Virus record (IMG/VR): IMGVR_UViG_3300045988_098886
DNA: 64,000 bases
Strand: one strand, 5' to 3'
DNA from: a virus
Notes under the pieces: model-generated
The model's input: the letters and a program-made list of their open reading frames with translations, nothing else
Database searches by the model: none
What the model was told of the DNA's origin: nothing
Part shown: one piece after another, positions 29,218 through 38,653 of the stretch
Layout: each line of letters begins with the position of its first letter
Numbering within the stretch: position 1 is the first letter of the stretch
Program-made: the position numbers and the translations under genes

Positions 29218-29802
29218 TTAACCTCTTAAATTTCTTTTAGTGATTATTTCCTTTAATTGTTGCCAAGATACTGGTGTGTAATCGTTATTATCTACACCAA
29301 CATCATACTGATTTGGAACTAATTTATCTTCAAAAGGAGTTTTCTTTCCTTTTTCAGTATGAATGTGTCCATACAATTGCCAACTTCCTCTATGAGAACC
29401 GTCCCATGTAATCATAGGATAGTGACTCATAAAGAGTTGTTGGTTATTACATTCCTCATCACCTGTTATAGTAATCATCATTTGTCTTTCAACAGCTTCG
29501 AACCCATTTTCTGGGATGTATTTCAACTTGTCGTGATTACCTAATACAAGGTATTTATAGCCGTTTAGTTGAGGTAAAATTTTCTCCCAACGTGTCTTTT
29601 GACCAAAGCAGAAATCGCCCAATATGAAGACCGTATCGTCCCACTGGACTACTTTATTCCAATTTAATATGAGTTGCCGATTCATTTCATCAGCAGACTC
29701 AAATGGACGATTACAATACTTAATTATATTTGCGTGGTCAAAGTGACAATCAGAAGTGAAAAATACCTTATTACAGTCAAATTTATTTGTCAGATTTGCC
29801 AT
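29218..29802 (-). CDS. metallophosphoesterase
   Basis: The track start 29820 is TTG; the first ATG is 29802 (MANLTNKF). Motifs FFTSDCHFDH, ILGDF, LGNHD, GHIH. Confidence 0.75.
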   Translation of the reverse strand: MANLTNKFDCNKVFFTSDCHFDHANIIKYCNRPFESADEMNRQLILNWNKVVQWDDTVFILGDFCFGQKTRWEKILPQLNGYKYLVLGNHDKLKYIPENGFEAVERQMMITITGDEECNNQQLFMSHYPMITWDGSHRGSWQLYGHIHTEKGKKTPFEDKLVPNQYDVGVDNNDYTPVSWQQLKEIITKRNLRG

Positions 29803-30034
29803 GTATTTTCTTATTGTCAATTTTTAAATAACAAGAATCTGGCAGTTCTTGTCCATCCAACTTTACAGAAGGAATATCCATAGATACCAGATTCTCAAAC
29901 AATTTAGACTCCGTGGATATTTTTACATATCCTTCTGGAGCCATCAATTCTTCAGCTTGTTCATTAGTCAACCAAACCTCAAATATTTGCTTGACTTCCG
30001 CCCGTAATAAATGGGTCGGCTTTGTACCTTTCAT
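29783..30034 (-). CDS. hypothetical protein (start uncertain)
   Basis: The ORF overlaps the SEC-C ORF in another frame. Candidate ATGs are 30109, 30034 and 29944; I chose 30034 as a compromise. The downstream part (EVKQIFEVWLTNEQAEELMAPEGYVK) looks protein-like. Confidence 0.3.
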   Translation of the reverse strand: MKGTKPTHLLRAEVKQIFEVWLTNEQAEELMAPEGYVKISTESKLFENLVSMDIPSVKLDGQELPDSCYLKIDNKKIHGKSDK

Positions 30035-30299
30035 AACATTCGCACTTTTTAAATTTCTTTCCTGACGTACAGTAAGGACAGATTTCATTTCTTCCGGTCT
30101 TGTGACCATGAGTTCCAGTTCTAATTTTGCTCTTCCAAGGAGTATGCATCTTTATCCACATATTTCTGAACTCTTCATTCTGAAACATTTCTTGCATAAA
30201 TTCTGCACCATTGTTTTCCTTTTTGTCCTTCCTTTCATCTACTTCTTCAACACCTAAAGTTGTGTCGATGTCATACGGAGTTACTATTAAGTCTTCCAT
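29979..30299 (-). CDS. small protein with a C-terminal SEC-C-like zinc motif
   Basis: NEICPYCTSGKKFKKCEC resembles the SEC-C motif CPCGSGKKYKKCC. Confidence 0.5.
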   Translation of the reverse strand: MEDLIVTPYDIDTTLGVEEVDERKDKKENNGAEFMQEMFQNEEFRNMWIKMHTPWKSKIRTGTHGHKTGRNEICPYCTSGKKFKKCECYERYKADPFITGGSQANI

Positions 30300-30329
30300 T
30301 TTTAATTATATATTTTAAGTAAAACTAAT

Positions 30330-31283
30330 TTAGTTATTCTTTGTCCATCCTCTTTTAATAAATTCTTCGTGTAAAGGATGTGCCAACTCATAAGCCTGTG
30401 GGTGCGCACTACCTGCATCTCTTAACTTAAAGAAGCCTTCCCACTGTTCAATAGTGCCTGTCATTACTAATTCAGTCTTCAAGCTGTTAGGAAGTATTGC
30501 TCTTGCCTGTTGAGGTTTCCAATCACAATACTGGGTTAGATAATTATAAGTTCTCTCAGACTCTAGTAATAAATCTATAAAATACTCATGCTCAGATAGG
30601 TCAGTTCTAATACTGCAAGAAGAATCATTCTTGCTAACGAACTGTTGTTCTTCATAATTTAACCAGCTAGGAATAATAAAGGTACATTCATTACCAAATT
30701 TATCCTTGGAATAATTACAATAACGGGTGCTTTCTTGAGCAAAGCTGAATACTCTATGCCTTACATATTCATGGGATACACCTCTGTCACAAATAAACTT
30801 AACGGTAACTCTCTTAACATGATACTCTGTAGGCTCACAGATATATTGTAAGTCGTCAAGCCAATTATTTTCCACCAGTACTCTATAATTAGTAGTCACA
30901 TAAAAGACTGAATATGGATTTTGAGCAATTCCTTCTAATCTGGATTTTGTAACTGAATATTTGTTTCCGAGATATTTACCTTTCGCAGGATATACCCATT
31001 GACCGTCAGAGCTAACATCTGGAATTCTTAGATACACAGTACCATGCTCTAACATAGCACCGTGTCCCGACTTAACCATTCTATCCACAAACTCCTTCGC
31101 AGAAGTTTCTGTTATTTTGTCCTCTGATTTATAGCAAGTTCTTCCAGCCATTTCTATTTGTCTGTATACAGAGTTTATAAGCTCTTCTTTCCACATTTGA
31201 GGACCAATTTCCATATCTGCTGGAATAACTATATCTCTTGGTTTTTGTTCTATTATTTCAAAACTCGGTTTTATTAATTTCAT
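30330..31283 (-). CDS. thyX: FAD-dependent thymidylate synthase
   Basis: ThyX signature YVRHRVFSFAQESTRY (RHRxxSxxxxSxR). The track start 31310 is TTG; ATG 31283 lies just after the polymerase stop. Confidence 0.85.
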   Translation of the reverse strand: MKLIKPSFEIIEQKPRDIVIPADMEIGPQMWKEELINSVYRQIEMAGRTCYKSEDKITETSAKEFVDRMVKSGHGAMLEHGTVYLRIPDVSSDGQWVYPAKGKYLGNKYSVTKSRLEGIAQNPYSVFYVTTNYRVLVENNWLDDLQYICEPTEYHVKRVTVKFICDRGVSHEYVRHRVFSFAQESTRYCNYSKDKFGNECTFIIPSWLNYEEQQFVSKNDSSCSIRTDLSEHEYFIDLLLESERTYNYLTQYCDWKPQQARAILPNSLKTELVMTGTIEQWEGFFKLRDAGSAHPQAYELAHPLHEEFIKRGWTKNN

Positions 31284-31287
31284 ATTT

Positions 31288-33447
31288 TTAGTGAATCCAA
31301 TGGTCTCCAATTGATATATCTGCTGTTAATGGTGCTCTTGTACAAAATGGCTTACCTCCAGATTCCATACATTGAACTAATATCTTAGCTACTTCTTCTG
31401 CTATCTCTTCCGGAGCTTCAAGATTGATTTCATCATGTACAGGAATACAATACTTAACTTTAAAAAGCAAGTTATTTTCCTTTAGCCAATTAAATAGCTT
31501 TATAGAAGCTAATTTAAAGCACAATGCTCCTGCTCCTTGAATTGGATAATTTACAGACTGCTTCATAGAGTCAGATAATCTTCTTCTTAAGAAGTCAGCT
31601 TCTTGGAACAATGGATTACTCTCATCCCGAGTTTGCATAGCATACTGCCCATCTACTGTCCCTAAATCATCATTTATTCTATTCAGATTATCCCAATCAT
31701 AAATAAATGCTTTATGTCCTGTCACAGGACTTAGCAAAATATATCCATGTTTCACAACAAATTCCTTTTGACGTTCCTGATATGCCTTCAATCCCGCGAA
31801 ACCATTCATATAATTATCCTCAATTTCTTGAGCTCTCCTTTTCGGGATACCATAGTTTCTTACTAAAGTAGAAGCATTACCTGCATAATTAAAGCAGAAT
31901 TCATATCCCTTTGCCTCTTGTCTAAGTTCTGGGAATTGTTTTTTTACTTTTTCAGTAGGCATATCTTGAGGAATTTTGTCCTTAAATACCATCTTGGCTG
32001 TCAGAGAATGCATATCTTTAGAACCATTAATAAGTTCATCAAGCATAGCTTTATCATTAGCGACGGATGCCATTAGGAAAGATTCTTGTCCACTATAATC
32101 CACAGATATCCATTTGTTTCCAGGCTCTGAAACGAAACAGGCTCTAGTAATTGCAGTATGCGGAAGATTTTGGAGATTCGGATTACTTGAACTTAATCGT
32201 CCCGTATCCGTTCCAAGCTGATAAAAGTCAGCATGAATACGCCCACTTACTGGATTTATAAGCTTTAAAAACTTCTCTCCAAAAGCCTTTACTAATTGTC
32301 CTGTCTTTTTAAACTCTATATAAGGTTCAATAATAGAACATTTAGCTTTCTGTGGTTCAATAATATCAATTCCAGCAGATTTAGTTTTCTGCTTAGTTTT
32401 CTTGTCTACTGTTGTACAATTTATTCCAAGTAATTCAAATAGTGGAACGACTTGTTTACTACTGTTCCAGTTTATATTACACCTATATGCGTTATCAAAT
32501 CCAGAGAATAAATCTCCTTGCAGATTCATTTCTACATAGTCGAAAGGTATTCCAAATGAATATTCTATTCCTTCATCAACAACTTTCCTCTTTACTCCAA
32601 ATGCAGTGGGAGGAATCTTCATCAAATCTTTCATTTCCTTTCTAAGTGTAGTCATAATACTTGTCTTTACAAACGGACGATTTTTCAGCTGTGGGTCTGG
32701 ATGAATCATTTTATGTTCTTCATAAAAATCTTCCACCCATTTATTAATACTTGCTTCGGCATCCTTCATTTGCCTAATATCATCCTTCATTTTAGCTCTC
32801 CATTTGTCTACATCAATCTTTGCACCACAATATTCAATATAGGCAATAACAGGAACAAAATGATTTTCAAAGTCAACAGCTCTAAGAAGGTCTTTCTTTA
32901 CCAACTCAACTGTTTGCTTCTCTTTAATCTTAGTAAGATAAACAACATCATGTGCAGCATAAACTATGACATCTTCTGTTAATCCAGTATTAACAATCTT
33001 ACCCCGAATACTCTTATCCAAGTCTAAACCTAAATAATGGTGTGCTGCAGATTGTAAAGACAGGCTATGAAATTGGGCTGGATATCCCAAATATAATAGC
33101 TTCTCAGCTATCATTCCGTCCCATACATTTACAGGGACTATTCTGTGATGATATAAAAATTTCAAATCAAATGAAAGATTCCATCCTAGTAATGTAATAT
33201 CAGGATTCTCAAACACTGGTCTAAAATAATTAACATCAATTGTTGTAGTATCTACTACTATTTGGTCCTCACCTAAGCCAAATTGAATACATAATAAAGC
33301 TTTAGTGTAAGGGTCCAATCCTTCAGTTTCACTATCATATTCAATCCATTTGTGTTTTAGGATTTGCTCTAAAGCATCTTCTTTAGACATGATTTCATAT
33401 GCATCGGACTTAAAGAATCTTTGCTGCGTAGTAACTAGATAAATCAT
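31288..33447 (-). CDS. family A DNA polymerase with 3'-5' exonuclease domain
   Basis: Exo motifs YDSETEGL, NLSFDLKFL, YAAHDVVYL. Pol motifs DYSGQESFLMA (A), RQEAKGYEFCFNYAG (B), PVHDEINLE (C). Also TGRLSSSNPNLQNLP. Confidence 0.9.
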   Translation of the reverse strand: MIYLVTTQQRFFKSDAYEIMSKEDALEQILKHKWIEYDSETEGLDPYTKALLCIQFGLGEDQIVVDTTTIDVNYFRPVFENPDITLLGWNLSFDLKFLYHHRIVPVNVWDGMIAEKLLYLGYPAQFHSLSLQSAAHHYLGLDLDKSIRGKIVNTGLTEDVIVYAAHDVVYLTKIKEKQTVELVKKDLLRAVDFENHFVPVIAYIEYCGAKIDVDKWRAKMKDDIRQMKDAEASINKWVEDFYEEHKMIHPDPQLKNRPFVKTSIMTTLRKEMKDLMKIPPTAFGVKRKVVDEGIEYSFGIPFDYVEMNLQGDLFSGFDNAYRCNINWNSSKQVVPLFELLGINCTTVDKKTKQKTKSAGIDIIEPQKAKCSIIEPYIEFKKTGQLVKAFGEKFLKLINPVSGRIHADFYQLGTDTGRLSSSNPNLQNLPHTAITRACFVSEPGNKWISVDYSGQESFLMASVANDKAMLDELINGSKDMHSLTAKMVFKDKIPQDMPTEKVKKQFPELRQEAKGYEFCFNYAGNASTLVRNYGIPKRRAQEIEDNYMNGFAGLKAYQERQKEFVVKHGYILLSPVTGHKAFIYDWDNLNRINDDLGTVDGQYAMQTRDESNPLFQEADFLRRRLSDSMKQSVNYPIQGAGALCFKLASIKLFNWLKENNLLFKVKYCIPVHDEINLEAPEEIAEEVAKILVQCMESGGKPFCTRAPLTADISIGDHWIH

Positions 33448-33677
33448 TAATGAACTCCCACACTAATTTCATCCAAATCTATATCTCCATTTGATGCCAT
33501 AAAATCTGCAATCCGTTCTTTTAACATTCTTGCAATCTCAAATTCATCAGTATCTAAGGTTCCTTGATATTCATAATAGAAGTCTCCTGTAATCTCTACA
33601 GAAAACTTGAATACTTTTTCATTAACATTAAACGGAGCTCTTTCGTCTAGTTCTGCTCCTAATGGTAGGTTTGACAT
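33447..33677 (-). CDS. hypothetical protein
   Basis: 76-aa ORF; TAATG junction with the polymerase start. Confidence 0.5.
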   Translation of the reverse strand: MSNLPLGAELDERAPFNVNEKVFKFSVEITGDFYYEYQGTLDTDEFEIARMLKERIADFMASNGDIDLDEISVGVH

Positions 33678-33849
33678 TCTGTTCGTCTTTTAAAATTGTA
33701 CATATATCCTTCATCTCTTGTAATGTATAATGTAACATCTTCTCTATTTGGATACGTAGTTCGGCTGGAAGAAATTGGGTACAAAGACTAACTGCTTGTA
33801 AAAAGGTGGTTACGCTTTTCAGCTTAGCCACCAACAATTCTTGGTTCAT
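33628..33849 (-). CDS. hypothetical protein
   Basis: 73-aa ORF with an ATG start; it overlaps both neighbours by 26 and 50 nt, which lowers confidence. Confidence 0.4.
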   Translation of the reverse strand: MNQELLVAKLKSVTTFLQAVSLCTQFLPAELRIQIEKMLHYTLQEMKDICTILKDEQNVKPTIRSRTRRKSSV

Positions 33850-34462
33850 GATAATACAATAATGTAGGATTGTCTCTATGAATGTCTAGAGCATCAATTC
33901 CATTAATTGCTAATTCTTGTTGACACTGTTCAACATCGAATTTAGATGTAATAAGGTGATAGCCATGTAGAGTGGGAACAACAAGCTTTACTTTATTATC
34001 CTCATTACCTCTACATGAATTTACAATTTTTATAATGGCGTTTAATTTCCATTTATCACAAGTATCAACATCTACTAACCTTAATAGATTTCTCCCACTT
34101 TGTGCAGGAAGTTCCCCACAGACATGGTCCCAAACCCTTGGAGCTTGGAAGGCATTTCCTTCCATAAGCATCCTTGCAAGTTTCTCTTGAGCTCCACATG
34201 CTGTCTTGAAGTAACTTCTTTTATTAAGATGAATGTATGCTCTAGCATTATTGTTTTGGCACAGTTCAATTATCTTTTGTTTCTTTTCCTCAAGATAATC
34301 AATACTGTGTATATAATAGGCTTTAATGAGTCTTGCCCCATTATTGCCTCTCCCAGTTACATTTCCATCCTTCTTTCGTTGAATTACTTGAAGAAAGTAG
34401 AAATCATCATTAGATTCAAACTTTAAGTTTTCCTCTATTAAATCAAAATTATCAATTGTCAT
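33824..34462 (-). CDS. hypothetical protein with DxD and HxH motifs (possible primase-polymerase/AEP-like fold)
   Basis: Start set to ATG 34462 (ATGACAATTGA overlap with the upstream stop); ATGs at 34504 and 34489 are alternatives. Ordered motifs LLRLVDVDTCD, PTLHGYHLIT, LDIHRDNPT. Confidence 0.5.
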   Translation of the reverse strand: MTIDNFDLIEENLKFESNDDFYFLQVIQRKKDGNVTGRGNNGARLIKAYYIHSIDYLEEKKQKIIELCQNNNARAYIHLNKRSYFKTACGAQEKLARMLMEGNAFQAPRVWDHVCGELPAQSGRNLLRLVDVDTCDKWKLNAIIKIVNSCRGNEDNKVKLVVPTLHGYHLITSKFDVEQCQQELAINGIDALDIHRDNPTLLYYHEPRIVGG

Positions 34463-34742
34463 ACACTTTCTCAACTTTGCAGTTTCCATAATAATGGCTG
34501 CCATCTACTGAATAAGTTAAATTCCCTTTAGTAAATGTAGCCCAATAATCCAAATCCCAACCGTTTGTTTCATGTTCAAGCTCCTCGAATCCTAGCTGTT
34601 CCATTACCTCTAGAACTATATCAAAAGGACACTTACCAACAAAACACTCCGGTAATGTTTCCATGATAGCTAGGAAATTAGCTTTAACATCTCTAAGAGA
34701 TTGAGTTAACAATTCTCCGTGATTTATATATGTTTCAGTCAT
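34452..34742 (-). CDS. hypothetical protein
   Basis: 96-aa ORF, coupled on both sides. Confidence 0.5.
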   Translation of the reverse strand: MTETYINHGELLTQSLRDVKANFLAIMETLPECFVGKCPFDIVLEVMEQLGFEELEHETNGWDLDYWATFTKGNLTYSVDGSHYYGNCKVEKVYDN

Positions 34743-34911
34743 TTGGAATTACATCTAAGTTTGTTAAATAAAATCTGTCATCGTTTAGGTCTTTCTGTAC
34801 GAAATACCCATTAACTTCGACATTTTCTCCATTAAGAGTATGTATCATTACTACTCTATCTTGGTCGTATTTCTGGAGAATTTCAATTAATTGTCCTACT
34901 AGTATTCCCAT
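34735..34911 (-). CDS. small hypothetical protein (58 aa, below the ORF-track cutoff)
   Basis: Hand-translated: MGILVGQLIEILQKYDQDRVVMIHTLNGENVEVNGYFVQKDLNDDRFYLTNLDVIPND. TAATG junction with the Thg1-like stop and ATGACTGA overlap with the next gene. It fills the 168-nt gap exactly. Confidence 0.55.
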   Translation of the reverse strand: MGILVGQLIEILQKYDQDRVVMIHTLNGENVEVNGYFVQKDLNDDRFYLTNLDVIPND

Positions 34912-35696
34912 TATAATAGTGTTTCAATATATTCCCTTCCTTCTCCTGTAAAGATTGGAATTTCATCATCAATAAACCAGTGACTTCTCAAAACTGAACC
35001 CGTGGCTTGGTAACATTTCTTTATGCAGCAACTCCCTCTTTTAAATTTGGTAGGATAATTGTTCCAATTAATTCCTTTTTCTTGAAATAATAGCTCTTGG
35101 ATTTGTTTAGAATCCAAACCTTCTAATCTTTTATGGGAGAAATTAGCCTGTCCTACAGAGGAAATACTATTCCTAATAGCGTCTTGTTGCCGCCATAAGA
35201 TACAATTAGTTACTTCCTCCTTTGGAATGTTAAAGCATCTGGCATCAAACACTGCTCCAGCTTTAGCAGAACGCTTGTACGAATTAGTTAGTTCGTCATT
35301 ATCTAATTTCCCATTATAGGAAAGCTCTACAATTTGTCTCTGGAATTGTCTATTGAAAGCAAGAGTTGCCATAGATGCAGCTACACTACATACTTTCTGG
35401 ACGTTATAATCGAACCAAGCATCAGTAGTAAGTTTCTGATAGTCAATAAGTACTAAAGTTATTTCATCAGATTGTGTATATCCTAAAACACATCCCTGAA
35501 TGTTCTCACATAAATATTTCATTGTTTGTTGCATAGCACTACACATAACTTCATCAAAGGGCTTATTAAAACCCTTTGTGAATGTATGAAATGCTTTTCC
35601 ATCCAGCCTTATAATAACTGGAGTACGCCTAGTCAAAAATGTTTTAGAACGATTCTCATAGTAAGATTTCATTCTATCTCCCAAGTTGTCTATCAT
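34911..35696 (-). CDS. tRNA-His guanylyltransferase (Thg1)-like 3'-5' nucleotidyltransferase
   Basis: Colinear with Thg1: VIIRLDGKAFHTF, GYTQSDEITLVL, FDARCFNIPKEEVTNCILWRQQDAIRNS, GINWNNYPTKFKRG. Confidence 0.85.
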   Translation of the reverse strand: MIDNLGDRMKSYYENRSKTFLTRRTPVIIRLDGKAFHTFTKGFNKPFDEVMCSAMQQTMKYLCENIQGCVLGYTQSDEITLVLIDYQKLTTDAWFDYNVQKVCSVAASMATLAFNRQFQRQIVELSYNGKLDNDELTNSYKRSAKAGAVFDARCFNIPKEEVTNCILWRQQDAIRNSISSVGQANFSHKRLEGLDSKQIQELLFQEKGINWNNYPTKFKRGSCCIKKCYQATGSVLRSHWFIDDEIPIFTGEGREYIETLL

Positions 35697-35697
35697 A

Positions 35698-36612
35698 CTA
35701 AAACTTTCCCTCGTTTGGTTGTAAACAGGTCAAACCTTGTTCTCTCCACATCTCTACACATTTGTAATTGTCTTCAAGAACGAATTGAACATTATATTTT
35801 CCCTTAATATTGTCCTCGTAGATTTTCTTCTTACATTCAGCTCCGGGACTGTAATCCTTAACTGGACGGAAGAATAGTTCATCAACCTTAATATCATGCT
35901 TAGCCAACCATTCTTTAGTAGCTGCTACGATTTCAGGAGTGCCTTCTCTACCAGTGACAATAAATACTTTACACTTCTCATACATACGTCTAACAAGTGT
36001 ACAAGTACCTTCAATAGCAATATCATTCAACATGCCTTCAGCCGCACCATCGCCATAGTAAGGTCTACCAGTAGTATTCAAACATAAAGTAGCATCCATA
36101 TCCACCAATATAACAGGGTGACCTCCGTCTACATGCTCGGCACTCTTACTTAACATATTTTTAATATCCTCTTGGATAATAAAATCACGGTATCTTCTCC
36201 AAGTGTCTTTAATTACCTTAGCTCCCATTGGCTGCTCACGCATTGCATCACGACGAATACATTCATCAACTGAAACAAAGAAATCCTTAAATTCCAGTTC
36301 ATATTCAAATTCTGTAATGGAATTAGCAACTTTAATGATGTCTTCCCACCACTTTACCTCTTTGGGATTAAGATTCATGTTGTCTATAACAATGTTATAT
36401 CCTTTTCTAGTTGCTTCACAAGCAAAAGAATGCTTAAGTTCAGTTACTAGCCCTTCTCTGTTCGGAACCCAATATTCTCCAAGCATGTTACGAATATCGT
36501 CATTATTGAAACGGACTCTATGTTCTGGGTCTTCTTTAGCCCATGCCTTTGCCCAGGTTGATTTACCAGAGGCTTGAATACCTCTACAAAGTATTAATTT
36601 TCGTTTTTCCAT
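35698..36612 (-). CDS. polynucleotide 5'-kinase / 3'-phosphatase (T4 Pnkp-like)
   Basis: N-terminal P-loop CRGIQASGKSTWAK followed by RFNNDDIR, as in the T4 Pnk kinase. C-terminal HAD phosphatase DxDxT motif ILVDMDATL. Confidence 0.8.
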   Translation of the reverse strand: MEKRKLILCRGIQASGKSTWAKAWAKEDPEHRVRFNNDDIRNMLGEYWVPNREGLVTELKHSFACEATRKGYNIVIDNMNLNPKEVKWWEDIIKVANSITEFEYELEFKDFFVSVDECIRRDAMREQPMGAKVIKDTWRRYRDFIIQEDIKNMLSKSAEHVDGGHPVILVDMDATLCLNTTGRPYYGDGAAEGMLNDIAIEGTCTLVRRMYEKCKVFIVTGREGTPEIVAATKEWLAKHDIKVDELFFRPVKDYSPGAECKKKIYEDNIKGKYNVQFVLEDNYKCVEMWREQGLTCLQPNEGKF

Positions 36613-36812
36613 TACTCACGGTACACTAATTGATTAATTACTCCTTCTTTACCTTCGTATGTAGCTCCTACTATTTGTTCGAGATTTTCATCTGGATACT
36701 CATCCCCATTTTGTTCTCGAATAATCTCCATAGCCCTAAAAGCATTACGAGCAGCGACTATAATTATCCCTGCTTCGTAATTCCCATAAAATTCATTAGT
36801 ATATAAATACAT
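36612..36812 (-). CDS. hypothetical protein
   Basis: 66-aa ORF with 1-nt junction overlaps on both sides. Confidence 0.5.
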   Translation of the reverse strand: MYLYTNEFYGNYEAGIIIVAARNAFRAMEIIREQNGDEYPDENLEQIVGATYEGKEGVINQLVYRE

Positions 36813-37267
36813 TACTTTACAGCTCTATATAGTTCAATTACACTGTGCATAGTATAGTTACGGTACGCTTCTTCAACAAGCTCTTGAGCTTTAACTGTCT
36901 CTGTTCTAGACAATTCTGGAACCATAAACATTCCATCCTTGGTTTCAATAACAAAAGTAATTCCTTCTACTATTGGATTCTTCTCCGCATCGGGATATCC
37001 ATAGAACATAAAGCCACCAAATGGTATTGCACTAAATCTATACAAGTTGTCTTTAATGTTGTCAAATGGTTTATCGGTTAGTTTGTCTGGAAGAGGAGTT
37101 TCACAATCAAGTTTATATTTCTTTCTCCATCTGATTTTTACCACAGATTCATTTACGGTATATTCAAGGTAGTCATCTCCTACCATACTTGGAATTTTAG
37201 GCAGTAAAGCCCAAAATAATTTGCCAATGTTTTCGTCTACGATTTGTTTTACTTCTTTACTAGTCAT
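36812..37267 (-). CDS. hypothetical protein
   Basis: 151-aa ORF between the RNA ligase and Pnkp genes. Confidence 0.55.
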   Translation of the reverse strand: MTSKEVKQIVDENIGKLFWALLPKIPSMVGDDYLEYTVNESVVKIRWRKKYKLDCETPLPDKLTDKPFDNIKDNLYRFSAIPFGGFMFYGYPDAEKNPIVEGITFVIETKDGMFMVPELSRTETVKAQELVEEAYRNYTMHSVIELYRAVK

Positions 37268-37279
37268 TTTATTAATTTT

Positions 37280-38653
37280 TTAAGATTCTGATTCAATATC
37301 AACTTCCCCCTTATCAAGGGCTTTACCTTCTCCATCTAAGAACTTGAAACACTTCAATTTAAATGCTTCTGATTTCATGTTCTCAATCTTGATTACAATT
37401 CCTTCATGTGGAACTTTATTATCACAAGTTGGAGAGTTACATTCCATATAGAAGTTCTTATCGTTAGCTAACTTTGACAAGAAATTCTCATTCCAGTGTT
37501 CAGATGGGTCTAAGTCAGGGTATAAATCCTTTGCATAACCATAATAATATTGCTCAACCGGAACAAGACCTACCATTTGAGCCCATAATTGTACTTCACG
37601 AGCAGAGAACTCATGTACTTTACCGCTCACATCTGTAATAGTTACACGATAAATTTGCACTTTAAAATGCTTTCCATATGTATAAGCTTCATCTCCTACA
37701 GGCGGCAGACAACCATAATCATAATTCTTTTGGATATAACCACCATTAGGTAAGAATCCAATAATTTCATAATAAGCAGTCATACCTTTAGAAAGACATG
37801 GACGAACAATGTCATCAGCATACTTCCATACATCGACTCCGTAGAATCCACCTTGAACACTTTTGTTGTAATACTGGTTCTTAATTACAGAGCGAGAAGA
37901 ATATAAATAATCATACTTATCAAATTCTTCTCCAGTTAACCAACGAGCAATCTTCTGCTTCCAGTTTAATTCCTGCTTACACAATACATAAGCAGATATT
38001 CCAGAAGTCCCATGAACTTTAGAAGTTATACTGATAAGGTCACTGGGATGTAAAACATGTGGACACTTTTTGATAAGGACGGTATCATAGTGGAATCTGA
38101 ACTGATTCTCGATGATTTTATCAAGTCCCTTAGGCTGTTTTCCTTTACCTGAATTTCCTGAGCCCGGTGCTCCTGGAGTGCGAGTATTTTTAGGGATATA
38201 CTTCTTATTAACCCAAAATGTTTTTCCGTCATGTTCAATAGAATCAAATTCTGTTCCTTCTTCTACTTTAAGTTCAACATTTACTGTTGACATTACCCAA
38301 TTTTCAAGAACTACAATAGGGATGATAAATCCTTCAGACAACTCACCACGCAATCTGATAGCCTTCACACGACCATTGTCGTCAAACATTCCAGTCTTCG
38401 TCTGGTCTACATTTAGCTCACCATGACGATACAAATTTGCATAGCTAAGGAATTTGGGATTGATACAACAAGCTGTCGGGAAATATACATACAACCCCGG
38501 TTCGGAATCAATACCAGTAATGATATTAAATCCATCAATACAGCAACATTTTAACTTCGTAACCTCTGGGTCAGAGTGTTTATGGAAGTTATCAATTTTT
38601 ACAATCTTTGCCAAATAGTTTACATTGGCATTTTTACTTTGGATTAATTTCAT
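37280..38653 (-). CDS. ATP-dependent RNA ligase (Rnl5/DRB0094-like architecture with an N-terminal OB-like module)
   Basis: Nucleotidyltransferase motifs: I SKVHGTS (KxxG), IV HEGIVIK, V AFKLKCFKF. The N-terminus YLAKIVKIDNF..KLKCCCIDGFNIITG resembles the N-terminal OB domain of DraRnl-type ligases. Confidence 0.65.
   Translation of the reverse strand: MKLIQSKNANVNYLAKIVKIDNFHKHSDPEVTKLKCCCIDGFNIITGIDSEPGLYVYFPTACCINPKFLSYANLYRHGELNVDQTKTGMFDDNGRVKAIRLRGELSEGFIIPIVVLENWVMSTVNVELKVEEGTEFDSIEHDGKTFWVNKKYIPKNTRTPGAPGSGNSGKGKQPKGLDKIIENQFRFHYDTVLIKKCPHVLHPSDLISITSKVHGTSGISAYVLCKQELNWKQKIARWLTGEEFDKYDYLYSSRSVIKNQYYNKSVQGGFYGVDVWKYADDIVRPCLSKGMTAYYEIIGFLPNGGYIQKNYDYGCLPPVGDEAYTYGKHFKVQIYRVTITDVSGKVHEFSAREVQLWAQMVGLVPVEQYYYGYAKDLYPDLDPSEHWNENFLSKLANDKNFYMECNSPTCDNKVPHEGIVIKIENMKSEAFKLKCFKFLDGEGKALDKGEVDIESES

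Noticed and set aside
29979-30109. Programmed ribosomal frameshift joining the SEC-C ORF to the overlapping downstream ORF.
   Set aside because: The downstream frame is +1 relative to the upstream one. The only A/T-rich run (AAATTTAAAAAG) does not form an X_XXY_YYZ heptamer in the required frame, and the -1 frame hits a stop (TAA) immediately.
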